Source: a virus (lineage: Duplodnaviria; Caudoviricetes). From it: a stretch of DNA of 55,605 bases. Every line of letters starts with the position of its first letter. Within the stretch, counting starts at the first letter, position 1. The notes under the pieces are model-generated. The model made no database searches and had not been told where the DNA came from. It worked only from the letters and a program-made list of their open reading frames with translations. The stretch covers positions 1-55,605 of the IMG/VR virus record IMGVR_UViG_3300044998_001139. One strand, written 5' to 3'. Positions 1 through 9,130 of this stretch are shown here, piece after piece. The position numbers and the translations under genes were made by a program.

Positions 1-2
1 CC

Positions 3-506
3 GCTGCTCAAGGTTGTGACGGTGCCATCGTGCCTCAACCAGCTCAGGCCCCGGCTCCCGCACCTGCTCCGGCTCCCGCCCCGGCGCCTGCTCCGGCTCC
101 CGCCCCGGCGCCGGCCCCGGCCCCGGCTCCCGAGCCCGTGGCGGCCGCTGCCAAGGTGACTTACGCTGCCGACGCCTTCTTCGACTTCGACCGTGCCGTG
201 CTGCGCCCTGAAGGCCGTGCCCGTCTGGACGACCTGGTCGAGAAGATCCAGGGCATCAACCTGGAAGTGATCATCGCCGTCGGCCACACCGACTCCACCG
301 GCCCTGCCGAATACAACCAGCGCTTGTCCGAGCGTCGTGCCGAGGCCGTCAAGGCTTATCTGGTCAGCAAGGGTATCGATGCCAACCGCATCTACACCGA
401 AGGCAAGGGCGAGACTCAGCCCGTGGCCGACAACAGCACCCGCGAAGGCCGTGCCAAGAACCGCCGCGTGGAAATCGAAGTGGTGGGCACCCGTCCCAAC
501 AACTGA
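3..506 (+). CDS. ompA: OmpA-family outer membrane protein, C-terminal part (5' end outside window)
   Basis: Frame is open from the window start. Ala-Pro linker, then OmpA_C motifs [26 protein letters not shown]. Typical ompA-ubiG-gph-ssrA order. Confidence 0.9.
   Translation, partial: AAQGCDGAIVPQPAQAPAPAPAPAPAPAPAPAPAPAPAPAPAPEPVAAAAKVTYAADAFFDFDRAVLRPEGRARLDDLVEKIQGINLEVIIAVGHTDSTGPAEYNQRLSERRAEAVKAYLVSKGIDANRIYTEGKGETQPVADNSTREGRAKNRRVEIEVVGTRPNN
48..131 (+). repeat. 14 x Ala-Pro codon-pair repeat (OmpA linker)
   Basis: GCN-CCN repeated 14 times with varied third positions. Confidence 0.9.
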
Positions 507-530
507 TCCACCGATCGCATCACGGATCGC

Positions 531-558
531 AAAAAACCGCGCTTCGGCGCGGTTTTTT
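531..558 (+). terminator. Intrinsic terminator after ompA (potentially bidirectional)
   Basis: AAAAAACCGCGC-TTCG-GCGCGGTTTTTT. Confidence 0.9.
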
Positions 559-592
559 GTTGTCTGCCATTGGGCAAGGCGATAATCCCCTC

Positions 593-1306
593 ATGGACAG
601 AAACGTCAATGCCGATCCGGCCGAACTGGCCAAATTTTCTGAATTGGCCCACCGCTGGTGGGACCCAGAAAGCGAATTCCGCCCCTTGCACCAGATCAAC
701 CCCTTGCGGCTGGAGTGGATCGACCGGCTGGCCGCTTTGGCGGGCAAGGCGGTGCTGGACGTGGGGTGCGGAGGGGGCATTCTGGCCGATGCCATGGCCC
801 GCAAAGGCGCCGAGGTCCTGGGCATCGATCTGGCGGGCAAGGCGCTGAAAGTGGCGCAACTCCACGCGCTGGAGGCGGGCACCACGGGGGTCCAGTACCG
901 GGAGGTCAGCGCCGAGCAACTGGCCGAAGAGCGCCCCGAAAGCTTCGATGTGGTCACCTGCATGGAGATGCTGGAGCATGTGCCCGATCCGGCCTCGGTG
1001 GTCCAGGCCTGTGCTCGCCTCGTCAAGCCAGGGGGGTGGGTGTTCTTCTCCACCATCAACCGCAACCCCAAGTCTTTTCTATTCGCCATCGTGGGCGCGG
1101 AGTATGTGCTGCAACTGCTCCCCAAAGGCACGCACGAGTACGCCAAATTCATCAAGCCGAGTGAATTGGCGGCGCATTGCCGCGCTGCTGGCCTGACGCT
1201 TCGGGCCACGCGAGGCATGGAGTACAACCCACTGACGCGTCGTTACTGGCTCAGTGGCGATACCAGTGTGAACTACCTGCTGGCGACGCAAAAGGAGCCT
1301 GCATGA
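593..1306 (+). CDS. ubiG: Ubiquinone biosynthesis O-methyltransferase
   Basis: [22 protein letters not shown]; SAM motif VLDVGCGGG; [11 protein letters not shown]; LLPKGTH. Confidence 0.95.
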   Translation: MDRNVNADPAELAKFSELAHRWWDPESEFRPLHQINPLRLEWIDRLAALAGKAVLDVGCGGGILADAMARKGAEVLGIDLAGKALKVAQLHALEAGTTGVQYREVSAEQLAEERPESFDVVTCMEMLEHVPDPASVVQACARLVKPGGWVFFSTINRNPKSFLFAIVGAEYVLQLLPKGTHEYAKFIKPSELAAHCRAAGLTLRATRGMEYNPLTRRYWLSGDTSVNYLLATQKEPA

Positions 1307-1971
1307 AGTTTGCGGGCGTGCAGGCGGTGCTGTTCGATCTGGATGGCACCCTGGTGGACAGTGCGCCCGATCTCGGGTATGCGGCAGACCAGATGCGGGT
1401 TGCCCGTGGTCTGCCCTCACTGCCTTTGGCACGCTACCGACCGTTGGCCGGCGCCGGTGCCCGTGGCATGATTCAAGTCGCGTTTGGCTACGGGCCGGAT
1501 CATCCCGATTTCGAGGGCTTGAAGCAGGAGTTCTTTGACCGCTATCAAGCCTGCATGACGCAACGCACGCAGCCGTTTGACGAAGTGGATGAGATGCTGC
1601 GCGCCTTGCAGAACCACGGCTTGGCGTGGGGGGTGGTGACCAACAAGCTGGAGCGCTTTGCGTTGCCGTTGACCGCAGGCATGCCGTTGTTTGCGGGGGT
1701 GGGAGCCGTTGTTGGCGGAGACACCACGCCGCACCCCAAGCCCCACCCGGCTCCGCTCCTCGAAGCCGCACGGCGTCTGGGGGTGGCGCCCGATCGATGC
1801 ATTTATGTGGGCGATGATCATCGCGACATCGTCGCCGGCAAAGCCGCGGGCATGCCGACGATTGCGGCCCGGTATGGCTATTTGGGTGTGGAAACCGATG
1901 TGAACGCCTGGGGGGCCGATGCCGTCATCGAGACACCCATGGCCCTCTTGAACTTTCTGGACTTGACGTAA
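1303..1971 (+). CDS. gph: Phosphoglycolate phosphatase (HAD family)
   Basis: [24 protein letters not shown] motifs; ATGA overlap with ubiG. Confidence 0.85.
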   Translation: MKFAGVQAVLFDLDGTLVDSAPDLGYAADQMRVARGLPSLPLARYRPLAGAGARGMIQVAFGYGPDHPDFEGLKQEFFDRYQACMTQRTQPFDEVDEMLRALQNHGLAWGVVTNKLERFALPLTAGMPLFAGVGAVVGGDTTPHPKPHPAPLLEAARRLGVAPDRCIYVGDDHRDIVAGKAAGMPTIAARYGYLGVETDVNAWGADAVIETPMALLNFLDLT

Positions 1972-1984
1972 ACTAAGCGGCTAT

Positions 1985-2360
1985 GGGGCTGCATTGGTTT
2001 CGACGTGGGTTCGGGCACGCAGCAGGGCATGTCGAGGTTCTGTCACCTCGTTAAACCGCAGAAAAAAAGTAACTGCAAACGACGAACGTTTCGCACTCGC
2101 CGCCTAATCCGGCGAGCCTCGCAACAGTCGGCCTGTGGGCTGGGTGAGGGTGGCTGCAAAGCCGTCCTGACTGCGAGGGAATTCACATAGGCTGGCTGTC
2201 AGGCGGGCAACTTGCTTGGCAGCGAGACTCAAGGTTGCTGGCTTGGCTTGCAGCGTGTCGCTGCGCGGCTTGTCAGGCGAGATCCAATCAGACGACTACA
2301 CATGTAGAACTGCGCGAAGAAGGCTTGCGGACGGGGGTTCGATTCCCCCCAGCTCCACCA
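1985..2360 (+). ncRNA. ssrA: tmRNA; tag reading frame 2075-2107 encodes ANDERFALAA
   Basis: 5' GGGGCTGCATTGGTTTCGAC; 3' GGGGGTTCGATTCCCCCCAGCTCCACCA; canonical proteolysis tag. Confidence 0.97.
2351..2360 (+). repeat. Putative attL core (tmRNA 3' end)
   Basis: AGCTCCACCA matches 54678-54687 at 9/10; both are followed by similar terminators and GCCCGTTCT(T)CCCAGTGTTGGCGCGG. Confidence 0.65.
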
Positions 2361-2368
2361 CTTTTCAG

Positions 2369-2398
2369 AAAACCAACCGTTCTCGGTTGGTTTTTTTT
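2369..2398 (+). terminator. Intrinsic terminator for ssrA, inside the element end (potentially bidirectional)
   Basis: AAAACCAACCG-TTCT-CGGTTGGTTTTTTTT. Confidence 0.85.
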
Positions 2399-2617
2399 CG
2401 CCCGTTCTTCCCAGTGTTGGCGCGGGTTCGGGCCTCGCTGCGACGGACGCTGCCGGCCTAGACAGCCCCGTTTCGGGTGGTTTTTCGTTCTCAGTGCCCG
2501 CCTATTCTCTGTTTCTGCGAAGGGGGACTTCGCACCCGACCCCGCATTGGCGCGGGTTTGCGGCGGCCTGTTCGGCACGGAAGCCGCCTTCACGCAGGCG
2601 CCCCGCCCCGGACGGGG

Positions 2618-4729
2618 CTACTCGTTCACAATGGGGCGGACATCCCAGGTGATGGGCACCCCGGGCCGGTAGACGACCTCGTTGCCAAATTTGATGCTGG
2701 CCTTCAGGTGTTCAGCCAGCGGCTTATCCCATTTCTCAATCTGCTTGATCGCCCGGTTGACGGCGTTGCGGAAGGCGTCCCGGACGTTTTTCCGTTTGTC
2801 GCCAGCCTTGCGAAGCTTGCCGCCCTTGCCGACACCTGCCGTGATCGCATCAGCGATCTGGGCCATCTCGTCCTCAATTTCCTCCACACGCTGGTGATCG
2901 CCGTCTTGCTCGGCTTCAGCCTTCTCGGTAACCAGTGACTGGTACTTGGCTCGGTATTGCTCGACTGCCTTCCTGTCCACCACGACTCCCGCGTTGCCCA
3001 GCGGTGCTCCGGTCGTCACCTGAAAACCTTCCTCGATGTCATCGTGCTCCAGCCCGGAATTCGCGTGATCGGCGACGCCCAGCGCATAGCCGCATACGAC
3101 TTCGTAGACGGACGCTTCCCGATCCGGATGCGCCAGCAGCAGGTTGATGTATTCCGCGCCCTTGTCCACGCCTATGATATTGATCGTGTTCCCTCGATTG
3201 AACCGAGCCTCCCAACCGCCTCCGCGCTTGCGAAAGAAGTTATCTGGCTGCTTTTCCTTCGGCGACACCGTTGGCACCGAGATCACCGATGCGGATTCAT
3301 GTACGGTGCGCAGCAAGGCATCGCCCGGCATGGTGCGCTCCCGGATCGCCGTGGCATGGCGGCGAACCATCTCGTCTAACGCGGCGTTCACCTCGCTGGC
3401 GTGCCGCTTGTAGAGATCGAAAACGAGCTGGGCAGCCTGTGCAGTGCTTCCGCCGATGAAGCGCAGCACCCGATTCACCTCGGCGTATTTGGCGAGGAAC
3501 TGCCCTACGTTCTCCAGCGATCTCACTTGGTTGGCCCGCTCCAAGTAGGATGCGGACATGATCTTGTCGTCGTCCTTGTTCCGGCTCTGGGTGAACACGT
3601 CCGTCTTGTAATGCTCAATTGGATCGTACTGATCGGCCTTGGCGGCGATGACGGCAAAACGCCGGTCGATGCATTGCGAGCATAGGCCGCAGTGGGTGTG
3701 CTGATTCGTCATCTCCCACGTGTGGGTGCAGGTCATCGAGTGCTTGATGAGGTCGGCGCAGCCCAGCTTGACGATCTGTTCGACGACTTCGGCCTTGGTC
3801 TTCCAGATATACGGGTTCTCGACCGTGAATGGCGCTTCAGCCACCAGTGTGATGATGTCCTGGAACCCCTTCATCACCTTGGGGTGTGTTGTCCGCGTGG
3901 CGCGACCACCGACCACTTGAGCGCACACCGGCAGATTCAGGCTGATCACACCGTTCTCGTAGAAACGCACGCTGCTTAGGCCGAGCATTTTGGCGATGGT
4001 CGCGCCAATCGAGACGAACAGGAACGAGCGGCTGCGCTGCGTGTATTCCCGGTTCAGCGGCTTCTTCTTGTGAACGCGCACGCTGATCTGATGCGGCGCG
4101 TTGTCTCCCGCTTTCTGCGCCAGCAGATCTTGAAGCGTCTTGTGCCGGGTGTTGAGCTTGGGCGTGGCCTTGTGCGTGACCAGCACTACACGCCGCCTCT
4201 GGCCCAACACTTCGTCCAGCGCGCCTGCCAGTGAGTCCAAACCACCGGAAAACATCACCACCTGATCCGGTTTGCCATACAGGGTCTGTGCGTCGTTGAA
4301 CTCCAGGTAGTCCTGGAACGAATGATCCTGTTCCAGCTTGACGAAGCTGAACGCGTAGTTGTCGTCCGAGAGGAAGCCCAGCGTCGAGGTGAGCGCGTTC
4401 TTCACCTCCTCGCCGTTCCAGAAATCCGGGTTGCGCACCGGCACGACGAAATGCAGATCGCGCCGCCATCCATCGCCGAAGCTGTCAACGTCGTCTGCAC
4501 CGCGCAGAATCACCTGATCGGCGCTGTAGACGTAGGCGGCGATTTCCAGCAGGTCATGGAACTTGGTCGGCACCGTACCGAACATCTTGCTGTGGATGTC
4601 CTCGATGCGCAGCGTGACGTTGCCTTCTCCTTTCACGCCAGAGAGCCGAAGGCGAATTTCGTTCTTCGGATCGTCGCTGATTCCCTTGGCCGAGGCGTTT
4701 CCGCAAATGACGAATTTCTTAGTTTGCAC
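2618..4729 (-). CDS. QatC-like QueC (7-cyano-7-deazaguanine synthase family) protein with extra ~210-aa C-terminal domain
   Basis: PP-loop FSGGLDS; RSRSFLF, ENGVISLNLP, TRTTHP, NPY..KTK; Zn site TC..HCGLCSQC; QatC-type N-terminus (DLLEIAAYVYSAD..GWRRD..LGFLSDD). GTG start overlaps the upstream stop. Confidence 0.85.
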   Translation of the reverse strand: MQTKKFVICGNASAKGISDDPKNEIRLRLSGVKGEGNVTLRIEDIHSKMFGTVPTKFHDLLEIAAYVYSADQVILRGADDVDSFGDGWRRDLHFVVPVRNPDFWNGEEVKNALTSTLGFLSDDNYAFSFVKLEQDHSFQDYLEFNDAQTLYGKPDQVVMFSGGLDSLAGALDEVLGQRRRVVLVTHKATPKLNTRHKTLQDLLAQKAGDNAPHQISVRVHKKKPLNREYTQRSRSFLFVSIGATIAKMLGLSSVRFYENGVISLNLPVCAQVVGGRATRTTHPKVMKGFQDIITLVAEAPFTVENPYIWKTKAEVVEQIVKLGCADLIKHSMTCTHTWEMTNQHTHCGLCSQCIDRRFAVIAAKADQYDPIEHYKTDVFTQSRNKDDDKIMSASYLERANQVRSLENVGQFLAKYAEVNRVLRFIGGSTAQAAQLVFDLYKRHASEVNAALDEMVRRHATAIRERTMPGDALLRTVHESASVISVPTVSPKEKQPDNFFRKRGGGWEARFNRGNTINIIGVDKGAEYINLLLAHPDREASVYEVVCGYALGVADHANSGLEHDDIEEGFQVTTGAPLGNAGVVVDRKAVEQYRAKYQSLVTEKAEAEQDGDHQRVEEIEDEMAQIADAITAGVGKGGKLRKAGDKRKNVRDAFRNAVNRAIKQIEKWDKPLAEHLKASIKFGNEVVYRPGVPITWDVRPIVNE

Positions 4730-5507
4730 TGGTGCGCGCCCCCAACTTCAATTCATCCTTCATCTTCTTCAGCGCGAAGCCAGCAAAGCCATCGGACGAT
4801 TTTCTTGAAATGTCACCGCCTTCCTCGTAGCGGTGTTTGGAAAACCATTGGGACGAGAAATCTCGAACGATCACCGATGCTTCCCACGTATGCGTGCTCA
4901 GCGCGTGATCGAAAAGCGCTTTCTGGTTCATCGTCGCAAAGCGCATTCCTTCACCCACATGGGTCGCCAGCGTCTTGGACAGGAAATATTGGAGGCTCTG
5001 GTTGGCCAGCCGGTCGAAGAACGAACGCGACAGATCGCCGAATTCCTTTTGCGTTCCGAGTTTGGAAAGCGCCGCACGCATCGTGTCCTTGTCGTTTGGG
5101 AATAGACCGTTAAAGTGGGGCTGAAGCGCGTCGGCCACCGCGCCGACCAGCGCGCGTCCGGCGATTTCGGCAAGATCGGAGCGCCTGCGGGAATTGTCGA
5201 CGGCACGATCCAAGGCCTCGGTGAGGCTCGCCGTCACATCGGGCAGTGTTGCGTCGTCCGGCAAGGAAATGCCGACGGATCGAAGATGGGCGTAGAGATC
5301 ATTCTTCTTGGCGGCAATGGCCAATTGCGTCATCAGCCACACGGCCTCCGTGTACCCCTTGTCATCCATCACGAACGAGAACGCCTTTTCTGCGGCGGCG
5401 ATGGTGGCGTTGGCAACTTGGGACACGTCTGCGCCAGAGGCGATCAGGCCGACGACCTCCTTCCATGCTTTCGTCCTTGGCAGTACCCCGAGCCGAACGT
5501 GCCCCAT
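4719..5507 (-). CDS. Hypothetical helical protein beginning MGHVRLG; QatB-position partner of the QueC-like gene
   Basis: 262-aa ORF overlapping the QueC-like start by 11 nt; Gly at position 2. Function is inferred from position only. Confidence 0.75.
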   Translation of the reverse strand: MGHVRLGVLPRTKAWKEVVGLIASGADVSQVANATIAAAEKAFSFVMDDKGYTEAVWLMTQLAIAAKKNDLYAHLRSVGISLPDDATLPDVTASLTEALDRAVDNSRRRSDLAEIAGRALVGAVADALQPHFNGLFPNDKDTMRAALSKLGTQKEFGDLSRSFFDRLANQSLQYFLSKTLATHVGEGMRFATMNQKALFDHALSTHTWEASVIVRDFSSQWFSKHRYEEGGDISRKSSDGFAGFALKKMKDELKLGARTSAN

Positions 5508-5542
5508 TCAGGATTCCCCTTGTTGAGATCAGTGCATCGCGA

Positions 5543-5776
5543 TCACTCGTGCCGTTTCACGATCACGATGCTCCGGGCTTTTTTTTCTTCTTTTCTCAAA
5601 TACCCCTTGCGTACCAGCTGCGCGATTTGTTCATGAGCGCTGGCGTGGCTGATGCCCAGCGCTTCGGCCAATTCCTTGACGGTAGGCGGCAGGCCCGTGC
5701 TGTCGAAGATTTGGCAAATCGCCCTCAGCGTTCTGGTCTGCGGCTCAGTGATGCCTTCTGTCTTGCGCTTGCTCAT
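5543..5776 (-). CDS. Stand-alone LexA-type DNA-binding (winged HTH) protein without peptidase domain
   Basis: TEPQTRTLRAI..GLPPTVKELAEALGISHASAHEQIAQLVRKGYLR..KARSI; RBS GAGGAG. Confidence 0.85.
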   Translation of the reverse strand: MSKRKTEGITEPQTRTLRAICQIFDSTGLPPTVKELAEALGISHASAHEQIAQLVRKGYLRKEEKKARSIVIVKRHE

Positions 5777-5801
5777 GGCATTGCTCCTCGCCGATTTCGG
5801 G

Positions 5802-5830
5802 AATATATGACCTGATAAACATCAGGTCAA
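5802..5830 (-). promoter_or_regulatory. Sigma70 promoter with an embedded palindromic operator
   Basis: Minus strand TTGACC-N17-TATATT; perfect inverted repeat TGACCTGAT-AAAC-ATCAGGTCA at 5808-5829. Confidence 0.75.
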
Positions 5831-5865
5831 TGGAGGCGACCCAACGCAGAAAATCTCTGGTCTGA

Positions 5866-6390
5866 CTACGGGCGCGAGGCGCGGCGCCAGTCCCAAGGAG
5901 CTATCGGATCGGCATCGCGCCACAGTCCGGCGTGGCGGCCGCGCGCCTCCTGTTCGGCGAACTCGTAGGCACCGGCATCCTCGGCGGACTGCTCCTGTGC
6001 GTACTGCCGGTACCACCAAGCCATCCCAGCTGTGATCTGGGCCAGCCCTGCGTCGAGTGTCTTCGGACACGTGCTTGCGGCGCAGGAGGGGTCGGCGACT
6101 AGCACCTTGCCCACGAGCCGCCCGTAGCGGTCGCGCTTGCTGCTCATCACGACGACGTCTTTGCCGAATACGAGGTCGGACATTGACGCCTTGGATCTCT
6201 GCCCGAACGCCTGATTCTTCTCCGGCGCATCGATCCCAGCCACCCTGATCTTGTGCTGCGTCCTATCAGCATCAAGCACGGTGACCGTGTCCCCATCGGC
6301 CACGCCAACCACTCTGCCCATGATGGTCTCCGCGCTGGCACTCCACGCAGCCAGGGCGATCAACGTCGCCCAGAAAAATCTCCTCGAAAT
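5866..6390 (-). CDS. Secreted thermonuclease (SNase family); start uncertain, possibly ATT at 6390
   Basis: VADGDTV, IRVAGIDAPE, DRYGRLVG, GLW..PWDWR motifs; signal peptide SRRFFWATLIALAAWSASA. Confidence 0.85.
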   Translation of the reverse strand: MSRRFFWATLIALAAWSASAETIMGRVVGVADGDTVTVLDADRTQHKIRVAGIDAPEKNQAFGQRSKASMSDLVFGKDVVVMSSKRDRYGRLVGKVLVADPSCAASTCPKTLDAGLAQITAGMAWWYRQYAQEQSAEDAGAYEFAEQEARGRHAGLWRDADPIAPWDWRRASRP

Positions 6391-6487
6391 CTCGCTCTCC
6401 CTATCTGATGCACGCTGAAACGGGATACCCCGACCGCCCTGTGTGCATATTCTTCGTAACGGTCTGACAACTTTACTGGCTACCGAA

Positions 6488-6676
6488 ATGACCGTCGAAC
6501 AAACACTCCCTGAATTGATGTCCCCTCGCCAACGGGCGCGCGAGGCCGCGGAAATCATCGCAACCGCCATCGCACGCTTGCATTCCACGCGCCCCAAAGA
6601 TGGCGACATTCCTCTTGGCTTCTCGGCACCCGAGCGCGTTCATACGAACCCCTCTACAAAAGGAGTTTTGAAATGA
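6488..6676 (+). CDS. Small hypothetical protein heading the recombinase module
   Basis: [21 protein letters not shown] helix; ATGA overlap with the DUF2924 gene. Confidence 0.6.
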   Translation: MTVEQTLPELMSPRQRAREAAEIIATAIARLHSTRPKDGDIPLGFSAPERVHTNPSTKGVLK

Positions 6677-7134
6677 ACGCACCCGCAACACCCCTCTCGC
6701 TGGCGGCGCAAATCGCTAATCTGCCGAAGCTGCCCATGAAAGCTCTGTGGGCTATCTGGGACAAGTATTTCCCGCAGCGACCGCCGCACCATAACCGGGC
6801 TTATGTCGAAGGCCGCGTCGCCTACAAAATTCAAGAGGAAGCGCTGTGCACTACGCTACTTGTCCAAAAACAAATGGCGCGGATTGGCGAAGCCCAATCC
6901 AAGATCAAGACGCAGCGCGGCGTCGAAGTTCAGGTCATCCCCGGCACTGTGTTGGTGCGGGAGTTTGACAGCCGCGAACATCGCGTCACCGCGCTGGCAG
7001 ACGGATCTTTCGAATACGAAGGCCGCCGGTTCAAAAGCCTGTCAGCCGTTGCCCGCCACATCACCGGCACCCAGTGGTCGGGTCCCCTGTTTTTTGGGCT
7101 TACCAAGAACAAGCGGCGAGGAGGCGGGAAATGA
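6673..7134 (+). CDS. DUF2924 domain protein
   Basis: [46 protein letters not shown]. Confidence 0.85.
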   Translation: MNAPATPLSLAAQIANLPKLPMKALWAIWDKYFPQRPPHHNRAYVEGRVAYKIQEEALCTTLLVQKQMARIGEAQSKIKTQRGVEVQVIPGTVLVREFDSREHRVTALADGSFEYEGRRFKSLSAVARHITGTQWSGPLFFGLTKNKRRGGGK

Positions 7135-8498
7135 ATAGCGTTGTGACCAAAAAGCGCTGCGCCGTCTACACCCGTGTCTCCACCGACGAGCGCCTGGATC
7201 AATCCTTCAACTCTCTTGATGCCCAGCGCGAAGCAGGCCATGCCTACATCGTGAGCCAGCGTGCCGAGGGCTGGTTGCCGGTCGCCGATGACTACGACGA
7301 CGGCGGCTACTCAGGCGGCAACATGGAACGCCCGGCATTGAAACGGCTGATGGCCGACATCATGGCCGACCAGATCGACATCGTGGTCGTCTACAAGATC
7401 GACCGCTTGACACGCAGCCTGGCCGACTTCGCCAAGCTGGTGGAGCTCTTCGAGCGCCACAAGGTGTCGTTCGTGTCGGTGACACAGCAATTCAACACCA
7501 CCACGTCGATGGGGCGGCTGATGCTGAACATCTTGCTGTCCTTCGCCCAGTTCGAGCGCGAGGTCACCGGCGAGCGCATCCGCGACAAGATCGCCGCCAG
7601 CAAGCGCAAGGGTCTATGGATGGGGGGATACACGCCGCTGGGCTACGAGGTCAGAGACCGCAAGCTCGTTGTTGTGGAAAAAGATGCGGAGGTCATCCGG
7701 CGAATCTTCATGCGATTTACCGAGACACGCTCCATCACAGACATCGTTCGCGAAATGGCCTTGGAGGGAATCACCACCAAGCCCAACCGCCTGAAGGATG
7801 GCCGCGTGCGTAACGGCACGCCAATGGACAAGAAGTACATCTCCAAGGTACTGCGCAACCCGATCTACGTCGGCGAAATTCGCCACAAGGGAGCGGTGTT
7901 TGCCGGGCAACACGAGCCAATCATCACGCGCCAGCTGTGGGACCGAGTGCAGACCATCCTTGCCGAAGATGCCCATCAGCGCATGGGCAAGACCCAGACC
8001 CGGCACAAGACCGACGCCTTGTTGCGCGGCCTGATGTTCGGCCCTGATGGCGGCAAATACCACATCACCTACAGCAAGAAGCCATCCGGCAAGAAGTACC
8101 GCTACTACATCCCCAAGGCAGACAGCCGTTACGGCTACCGCAGCAGCGCCACCGGGATGATCCCGGCCGACCAAATCGAGGAGGTGGTGGTGAACCTGAT
8201 TGTGGGGGCGCTCCAGTCACCAGAAAGCATCCAGGGCGTCTGGAACGCGGTGCGCAGCAAGTACCCGGAGATCGACGAGCCCACGACCTTGCTGGCCATG
8301 CGCCATCTCGGAGAGGTCTGGAAAGCCTTGTTCCCCGCTGAGCAGGTGCGGCTGGTCAATCTGCTGATCGAGCGCGTCCAGCTTCTCTCCGATGGCGTCG
8401 ACATCGTCTGGCGCGAGTCGGGATGGCGGGAACTGGCCGGTGAGTTGCAGGCGGACAGCATCGGCGGCGAACTGCTGGAAATGGAGATGGCCCCATGA
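7131..8498 (+). CDS. Large serine recombinase (probable integrase)
   Basis: AVYTRVS catalytic Ser, [39 protein letters not shown]. Confidence 0.92.
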   Translation: MNSVVTKKRCAVYTRVSTDERLDQSFNSLDAQREAGHAYIVSQRAEGWLPVADDYDDGGYSGGNMERPALKRLMADIMADQIDIVVVYKIDRLTRSLADFAKLVELFERHKVSFVSVTQQFNTTTSMGRLMLNILLSFAQFEREVTGERIRDKIAASKRKGLWMGGYTPLGYEVRDRKLVVVEKDAEVIRRIFMRFTETRSITDIVREMALEGITTKPNRLKDGRVRNGTPMDKKYISKVLRNPIYVGEIRHKGAVFAGQHEPIITRQLWDRVQTILAEDAHQRMGKTQTRHKTDALLRGLMFGPDGGKYHITYSKKPSGKKYRYYIPKADSRYGYRSSATGMIPADQIEEVVVNLIVGALQSPESIQGVWNAVRSKYPEIDEPTTLLAMRHLGEVWKALFPAEQVRLVNLLIERVQLLSDGVDIVWRESGWRELAGELQADSIGGELLEMEMAP

Positions 8499-8971
8499 AC
8501 CGCACGTCCAAGAAGCTGGTCGGCGATGGCATACCCCACGAGCGCCGCCATCCGCTGGAGGGGGGAGGTGTCCGGATCACGACTTTCGTGCCCGTCCATT
8601 TCAAGAAGCGCGGTATCAAAAAGGTGATCGTTGCCCCGGAAGGCATCACCCAGCCAATTGCCATCACCAATACCCCGGTACTGACCCCCGAACAGGATCG
8701 CCCACTGCTCAAGGCGCTGGGGCGCGGTATCTACTGGCAGCAGTTGATCGACAACGGAACGGTGGCCAGCAGCGTCGAGATTGCCGAACGGGAGCGCATC
8801 CACCGTTCCACGGTCAACGATCTGCTGCGGCTGGCGCTTCTCGCCCCCGACATTGTCCAGGCCGCCTACGAAGGACGCCTGCCCCGGGCGGTGTCCTTGG
8901 AAGCCCTGCTGCGTGCCAAGGTGCCCTTGGACTGGAATGAGCAACGCCGTCTGATCGCTTCCCTCGGGTAG
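8495..8971 (+). CDS. Recombinase-associated HTH protein
   Basis: LLKALGRG..EIAERERIHRSTVNDLLRLALLAPDIV HTH-like segment; ATGA-coupled to the recombinase. Confidence 0.7.
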   Translation: MNRTSKKLVGDGIPHERRHPLEGGGVRITTFVPVHFKKRGIKKVIVAPEGITQPIAITNTPVLTPEQDRPLLKALGRGIYWQQLIDNGTVASSVEIAERERIHRSTVNDLLRLALLAPDIVQAAYEGRLPRAVSLEALLRAKVPLDWNEQRRLIASLG

Positions 8972-8997
8972 CGGAGGGTCCAGCAAAAAAATTTTCC

Positions 8998-9035
8998 GCT
9001 ACGCCAAATGTAGCTGTTGCTACGCCAGATGTAGC
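8998..9035. promoter_or_regulatory. Tandem 17-bp palindromic operator-like sites (GCTAC-N7-GTAGC)
   Basis: GCTACGCCAAATGTAGC (8998-9014) and GCTACGCCAGATGTAGC (9019-9035), upstream of the early operon. Confidence 0.7.
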
Positions 9036-9130
9036 GCCTTCCCCGATGAAGGCGTGCATCGGTCATCAACGGCCAGTACAGGACTGGCCACCGGTCGCGC
9101 CCCAATCCCTGAACGGGAAGGAGCACGGCA

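Noticed and set aside
48-131. GC-rich tandem repeat as a VNTR or contingency locus
   Set aside because: It is the ordinary OmpA Ala-Pro linker with varied synonymous codons.
2005-2672. Short ORFs over ssrA and the element end
   Set aside because: They overlap the tmRNA and terminator and show no protein motifs.
2618-4729. Housekeeping queC or a dpd DNA-modification cluster
   Set aside because: Much longer than QueC with QatC-type motifs; no dpdA, queD, queE or folE in the window.
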